Assembly: GCA_014859225.1 (NCBI GenBank)
Contig: JACUUP010000001.1
Location: 1-46,456, forward strand
DNA from: Candidatus Aerophobota bacterium
Lineage (GTDB): Bacteria > Aerophobota > Aerophobia > Aerophobales > B3-G15
Direction of reading: 5' to 3'
Length of the DNA: 46,456 nt
Numbering within the stretch: the stretch's first letter is position 1; every line of letters begins with the position of its first letter. Positions 42,435 through 46,456 of the stretch are shown in pieces. The notes under the pieces were generated by a model, which ran no database searches, was not told the origin of the DNA, and saw only the letters and a list, made by a program, of their open reading frames with translations. The position numbers and the translations under genes are program-made.

Positions 42435-42583
42435 CGGCGGAACAGCGTATAACTATAAAGACCGTATCTGGCTACGGCGCTTGGCACCTCTGCCCAAATT
42501 CCCTCTTTGAGGAAATTCAGATACACTCGGAGCCGTTAGGCGCCATCGACTTCGGGAGAACAAACAACAAAAACTATACATAA
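42431..42583 (+). CDS. candidate small protein (50 aa), below the ORF-track cutoff
   Basis: The ATG at 42431 overlaps the protease stop (ATGA), the same junction as the previous gene pair. Translation: MTAEQRITIKTVSGYGAWHLCPNSLFEEIQIHSEPLGAIDFGRTNNKNYT. Third-codon positions are G/C-rich, like the two upstream genes. I recognise no family. Confidence 0.4.
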   Translation: MTAEQRITIKTVSGYGAWHLCPNSLFEEIQIHSEPLGAIDFGRTNNKNYT

Positions 42584-42633
42584 CATATTATACAAGGAGA
42601 TAATCTAATGGTAGGGGAGGAAAGCCCGAACAT

Positions 42634-42720
42634 ATGATAGTTCAGGGAATAGTGCTTTTTGCTATAGGCTCTGTTTATCGTAATGCAAAAGCTATTAGAA
42701 GAGAAATCAGGAAAGAATAG
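42634..42720 (+). CDS. candidate 28-aa hydrophobic peptide (type I toxin-like), coupled to a 9-codon upstream mini-ORF
   Basis: AAGGAG (42594-42599), 8 nt, ATG 42608 (MVGEESPNI), whose TGA overlaps the ATG at 42634 (ATATGA). That second ORF encodes MIVQGIVLFAIGSVYRNAKAIRREIRKE, one TM helix plus a basic tail. A 10-bp-stem hairpin follows at 42749-42784. Confidence 0.35.
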   Translation: MIVQGIVLFAIGSVYRNAKAIRREIRKE

Positions 42721-42841
42721 AACAATAATGAATAAGAAAACTCCGAGAGCATAGCATAACAGGCGAGACACCTATATGCTATGCATGCTTTAGTGGATAT
42801 TGACAAAAAATGATTGTAATAAGTTAGGATTCACCTATTCC

Positions 42842-42865
42842 GTAGGACAGGCGTCTCGCCTGTCA
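42842..42865 (+). repeat. 24-nt palindromic REP-like element
   Basis: GTAGGACAGGCGTCTCGCCTGTCA, a direct repeat of 41201-41224. It lies 47 nt beyond the dnaE stop. Confidence 0.85.
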
Positions 42866-42911
42866 CTGCACAACCCATGTAGCCGCAAGGCTATAGGAGA
42901 GTAGCACCCAC

Positions 42912-45900
42912 TTACTCTATCCAGCAGCTTCCCTCCCCTATTAGTTTATCCACCTGAGCGATAAGTTCTTCGGAAAAATCTACTTTTAAGGATTTTGATT
43001 GAATGAGTAAACTTTCCCCATTGTCATTCTTGAATTGAAGATACACAGAATTTTCACCCGTTCTTTCCTCCAGAGTCTCTTTTATCTTTTTCAATTTGTG
43101 CTTTTCCCAGTTTTCCGGACCAATTCTAATGTAAAACTTACCATCCCTTTTTTCTATGGTGGAAAACGAAAGGATACGCTCAGCTATAATTTTGGGAGGC
43201 TCACTTGCCGCATCTATTCTGCCCTCAACAATTACCAGCTCTCCTTCCTTCACAAAAGAAGAACAAGTTTCATACACTTTGGAAAAAACGACCACCTCTA
43301 CATCTGAGTGAGGGTCCTCAAGGGTGAAAAAAGCCATGGGTTGGCCCCTTTTGTCTTTCTTTGAGGATACAGCACTTACAACCCCGGCTGTTTTTACCTC
43401 TCTTCCATCCTCCAGTTTACTTAACTTGTCTGTTGAATGGGTAGAGCAGGCGGCTATTCTCCTCTGGCATCCATCCAGGGGATGCCCGGATAGGTATACT
43501 CCTAAAAGTTCTTTTTCCCAATTTAATCTTTTAGAGCGGGATATCTCTTTAATCTGTGGTAGCTCTATTTTGGCTTCGGCTGCTTTATCACCAAAAAGAG
43601 AAAGTTGCCCTCTTTCTTTTTCTTTATGCATCTTTACCGCATTTTCTATAGCATCCTCAATTACTGCTAATTTTTGCGAACGATAGCCAGGAAGACAGTC
43701 AAAAGCTCCACATTTCACAAGACTCTCAAGAACTTTTTTATTTACAACTCTGAGGTCTACCCTCTGGCAAAACTGGAAAATTGAGGTAAATTTCCCCCCT
43801 TTTTCTCTTTCCTGGATAATAGATGCTATAGCAGCTCCTCCTACATTTTTTATGGCAGTTAGACCGAATCTTATCTTTCCCGAACTTGCACGAGAGGTAG
43901 CAGGTATCTTACTCTCTGTTACTATGAAATTGTCCCCAGACTCATTTATATCAGGAGGAAGAACTTCAATTCCCATACGCCTGCACTCATTTATATAAAA
44001 AGTTAACTTATCCGTGTTGTCTTTCTCTGAAGTTAAAAGAGCAGCCATAAACTCAAGCGGATAGCTGGCTTTTAGATATGCTGTCTGGTAGGAAATTAAA
44101 GCATATCCTGTTGAATGGGATTTATTAAATCCATACCCGGAAAAATGTGCCATAAGTTCAAATATTTTCTCTGCAATCCGGGGAGAAATTCCTCTTTGCA
44201 CTGCCCCTCTTATAAATTTTTCCCTCTGCTCTTCCATAAGTTTAGGTATCTTCTTTCCCATAGCTCTTCTGAGGATATCAGCCTCACCCAGGCTAAAACC
44301 AGCAAGTTCATTGGCAATTTTCATAACCTGTTCCTGATAGAGTATAACCCCGTAGGTTTCTTTTAGGATAGGTTCTAATCCAGGATGAAGATACTCTACT
44401 TCACTTCTACCAACCTTTCTGGTTATAAAATCATCAACCATTCCACTTTGCAAAGGACCTGGTCGGTAAAGAGCAAGCACAGCGATGATGTCTTCAAACT
44501 TTTCCGGTTTTAATCTTTTTAAAAGGTCCTGCATACCTCTTGATTCTAACTGAAAAACACCCGGGGTCTCTCCACGAGATAGCATTGCATAGGTAGGTTT
44601 ATCATCAAGGGAGATATTTTTTAAACTAACCTTTTCAGCTCTACAGCTTTCAATGAGCTCAAGTGTTTCTTTAATCACATTGAGAGTCTTTAATCCTAAA
44701 AAATCCATTTTAAGAAGACCAATACTCTCAAGGGAATGCATATCATACTGGGTAGTAATTTCATTCCTGTTAGTCCGATAAAGAGGAGTGTAGCGGGTTA
44801 GCCTGTCAGGAGCTATTACCAATCCTGCTGCATGGGTGGAGGCGTGCCTTGTTAAGCCTTCAACCCTCTGGGCAATCTCAAACAAAGACTGTATCTGACT
44901 ATCCCTGGCTATAAGGTTTTTAATTTCTTCATTTTCCTTCAGGGTTTCTTTTAGCCTGGCGTTGGGAGGAATTAACTTGGCAATTTTGTCCACAGCAGTA
45001 TAGGGCATACCCAGGACTCTTCCTACATCGCGCACAGCTGCACGAGCAGCCATTGTTCCAAAAGTAATTATCTGAGCAACGTTTTCCCCTCCGTATTTTT
45101 CCCTTACATATTCAATCACCTCACTTCTTCGTTCATCCTGGATATCTATATCTATATCGGGCAGGCTTTTTCTTTCTGGATTTAAAAATCTTTCAAATAT
45201 CAAACCGTACTTTAGAGGGTCAATCTCTGTTATACCGAGAAGATAGGCAACAAGAGAACCAGTAACCGAGCCTCTACCCGGCCCAACGAGTATACCTTTT
45301 TCTTTAGCATAACGGATGAAGTCCCATACTATAAGAAAATAACTGGCATATCCCATGCTGAAGATAACATCAAGTTCGTAATTTAATCTTTCTCTGAGTT
45401 CTCTGGAAATATTAGAGTAGTGTTTAACTAAACCCTCTTCGCAGAGCTTTTTTAAATACTCTGTCAGCGTATAAGTTTTGGGAGGATGGTAAAGAGGAAG
45501 ATATATCTTTTCCTCTTTTAGAGATAAATTGCACTTTCTGGCAATTTCTCCAGAAGTATAGATAAATTCTTTATCAAAGTTAAAGGCTTCTAACATTTGC
45601 TCAGCAGAACGAAAGTAAAGTTCGCAAGAAGAAAACTTGAGACGGGAAGTATCCTCCAGAGTTTTTCCTGTCTGAATACAGATAAGTACCTCTTGAGCCT
45701 TAGCATCCTCTTGCTGTATATAATGAACATCATTAGTAGCTACAAGAGGAATAGAAAGTTTTTTGCCCACTTCTTTTAGTTTACTATTGGCAAGTTCCTG
45801 TTCCTCTAAACCATTAGCCTGAATTTCAAGATAAAAATCATCAGCGTAAATTTCTCTAAACTCCCCTGCAACCTTAAAGGCTTTCTCAATATCACCTTTT

Positions 45901-46346
45901 ATCAGGAGTGAGGGAATCTCACCCTTTATACATCCTGAAAGAGCTATGAGCCCCTCACTAAATTCGGAAAGCAGTTTTTTGTCAACTCTCGGGTTGTAGT
46001 AGAAACCTTCCAGGAATCCCTTACTCACAAGTTCCATTAAGTTTTGGTAACCCGTTTTATCCCTGCAAAGCAAGGTTAAGTGGTACGAGGTATCTTCTCC
46101 CTTTGTTCTTCTCTTCTTGAAACGAGACTCGGGAGCTACGTATACTTCGCAACCTATAATTGGGTGCAGTCCCCTTTTGTATGCCTTTTGATAAAACTCT
46201 ATTGCTCCAAACAGATTCCCATGGTCGGTTAAAGCGAGAGCCGGCATATTCAACTGATAAGCTCGTTCAATAAGTTGAGAAATACTACAGGCTCCGTCTA
46301 AAAGGCTAAATTCGCTATGGGTATGCAGGTGAACAAAATCAGACAT
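42912..46346 (-). CDS. dnaE: DNA polymerase III alpha subunit
   Basis: 1144 aa. N-terminal PHP domain (FVHLHTHSEFSLLDGA), polymerase core (...GRGSVTGSLVAYLLGITEIDP..., ...PDIDIDI...), HhH (...) and a C-terminal OB fold. Confidence 0.95.
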   Translation of the reverse strand: MSDFVHLHTHSEFSLLDGACSISQLIERAYQLNMPALALTDHGNLFGAIEFYQKAYKRGLHPIIGCEVYVAPESRFKKRRTKGEDTSYHLTLLCRDKTGYQNLMELVSKGFLEGFYYNPRVDKKLLSEFSEGLIALSGCIKGEIPSLLIKGDIEKAFKVAGEFREIYADDFYLEIQANGLEEQELANSKLKEVGKKLSIPLVATNDVHYIQQEDAKAQEVLICIQTGKTLEDTSRLKFSSCELYFRSAEQMLEAFNFDKEFIYTSGEIARKCNLSLKEEKIYLPLYHPPKTYTLTEYLKKLCEEGLVKHYSNISRELRERLNYELDVIFSMGYASYFLIVWDFIRYAKEKGILVGPGRGSVTGSLVAYLLGITEIDPLKYGLIFERFLNPERKSLPDIDIDIQDERRSEVIEYVREKYGGENVAQIITFGTMAARAAVRDVGRVLGMPYTAVDKIAKLIPPNARLKETLKENEEIKNLIARDSQIQSLFEIAQRVEGLTRHASTHAAGLVIAPDRLTRYTPLYRTNRNEITTQYDMHSLESIGLLKMDFLGLKTLNVIKETLELIESCRAEKVSLKNISLDDKPTYAMLSRGETPGVFQLESRGMQDLLKRLKPEKFEDIIAVLALYRPGPLQSGMVDDFITRKVGRSEVEYLHPGLEPILKETYGVILYQEQVMKIANELAGFSLGEADILRRAMGKKIPKLMEEQREKFIRGAVQRGISPRIAEKIFELMAHFSGYGFNKSHSTGYALISYQTAYLKASYPLEFMAALLTSEKDNTDKLTFYINECRRMGIEVLPPDINESGDNFIVTESKIPATSRASSGKIRFGLTAIKNVGGAAIASIIQEREKGGKFTSIFQFCQRVDLRVVNKKVLESLVKCGAFDCLPGYRSQKLAVIEDAIENAVKMHKEKERGQLSLFGDKAAEAKIELPQIKEISRSKRLNWEKELLGVYLSGHPLDGCQRRIAACSTHSTDKLSKLEDGREVKTAGVVSAVSSKKDKRGQPMAFFTLEDPHSDVEVVVFSKVYETCSSFVKEGELVIVEGRIDAASEPPKIIAERILSFSTIEKRDGKFYIRIGPENWEKHKLKKIKETLEERTGENSVYLQFKNDNGESLLIQSKSLKVDFSEELIAQVDKLIGEGSCWIE

Positions 46347-46456
46347 TTGGATTCCTCAGGAGTGAAATTTTGAAATTTCCTAAATAATACTACTTGAAAA
46401 TCTCCCTCTGTCAACTAAAGTTCCTGCTTAATCAAAAATTCTAAAATGGGCTCTCA

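Noticed and set aside
42536-42562. Possible second fluoride-riboswitch-like sequence on the minus strand (GUCGAUGGCGCCUAACGGCUCC)
   Set aside because: Only the GAUGG and AAC-GC fragments match. P1 cannot form around an 8-nt loop, and there is no GAUGAU...CCUAC 3' element, pseudoknot partner or terminator. It also lies inside the candidate 50-aa ORF.
41201-42865. The 24-nt repeats as a CRISPR array
   Set aside because: There are only two direct copies, about 1.6 kb apart (plus one inverted copy 23 kb away). Genes lie between them, the element is strongly palindromic like REP elements, and no cas genes are present.
1-46456. tRNA, rRNA, tmRNA, integrase or intact transposase genes; arsenic genes arsB/acr3, arsC, arsM; fluoride channel crcB/CLC-F
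   Set aside because: I scanned the intergenic regions and the ORF translations for their hallmarks (for example the GTTCGAATC T-loop, the integrase RHRY box, DDE motifs, the ArsC CX5R motif and SAM-methyltransferase motifs). None was found in this window.

Overview
About 46.5 kb of low-GC (around 40% by eye) DNA. It comes from a diderm bacterium (TonB/ExbBD, TolC and Omp85-type barrel are present), probably an anaerobe or thermophile, given the K/E/I-rich proteins and the MtrA-like and CFeSP-like domains. I saw no rRNA, tRNA or CRISPR array.

Layout:
- 1-4.3 kb: tail of a TonB-dependent receptor, then exbB-exbD-tonB-TPR.
- 4.4-18 kb: an accessory region, almost entirely on the minus strand. 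It holds a DUF433/DUF5615 TA pair and two diverged paralogous ArsR / ArsP-like permease / thioredoxin-fold cassettes. Cassette 1 is extended by a DGC zinc-finger protein and a soluble MtrA-like corrinoid protein. Cassette 2 is followed by a protein with a CFeSP-type [4Fe-4S] domain. The region also holds a HEPN/MNT TA module inserted between 39-bp direct repeats, a fluoride (crcB-motif) riboswitch in front of an uncharacterised tandem CPVC...CxxH protein, a Cys/His-rich DUF5320-like gene followed by two permease genes and a cupin, an ABC-2 exporter and pfkA.
- 18.4-23.8 kb: TolC-TolC-adaptor-ABC (MacAB-like) efflux operon.
- 23.9-40.4 kb: mostly housekeeping genes (SLT, B12-radical SAM, lipA, ClpP-like, LysE, GT4, leuCD-like, manC-like, pepP-like, efp, accBC, Asp23/AmaP), plus a 953-aa peptidase-MA/PD40/Omp85 fusion.
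- 40.4-42.9 kb: a small island holding a PIN gene with a downstream small ORF, about 600 bp of apparently non-coding DNA, a DUF5678-retropepsin-orf50 operon joined by ATGA overlaps, and a coupled mini-ORF plus 28-aa hydrophobic peptide. The part from the non-coding stretch onward is bracketed by identical 24-nt palindromic repeats.
- 42.9-46.3 kb: dnaE.

Best candidates for something new:
1. The corrinoid (MtrA-like) + DGC + thioredoxin + ArsP-like + ArsR operon, together with its Fe-S-domain-bearing paralogous locus. This may be a cobamide-dependent metal(loid) methyl-transfer and export system.
2. The fluoride riboswitch controlling an unknown metal-binding-looking protein.

All functional assignments come from reading motifs by eye. 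No database search was run.
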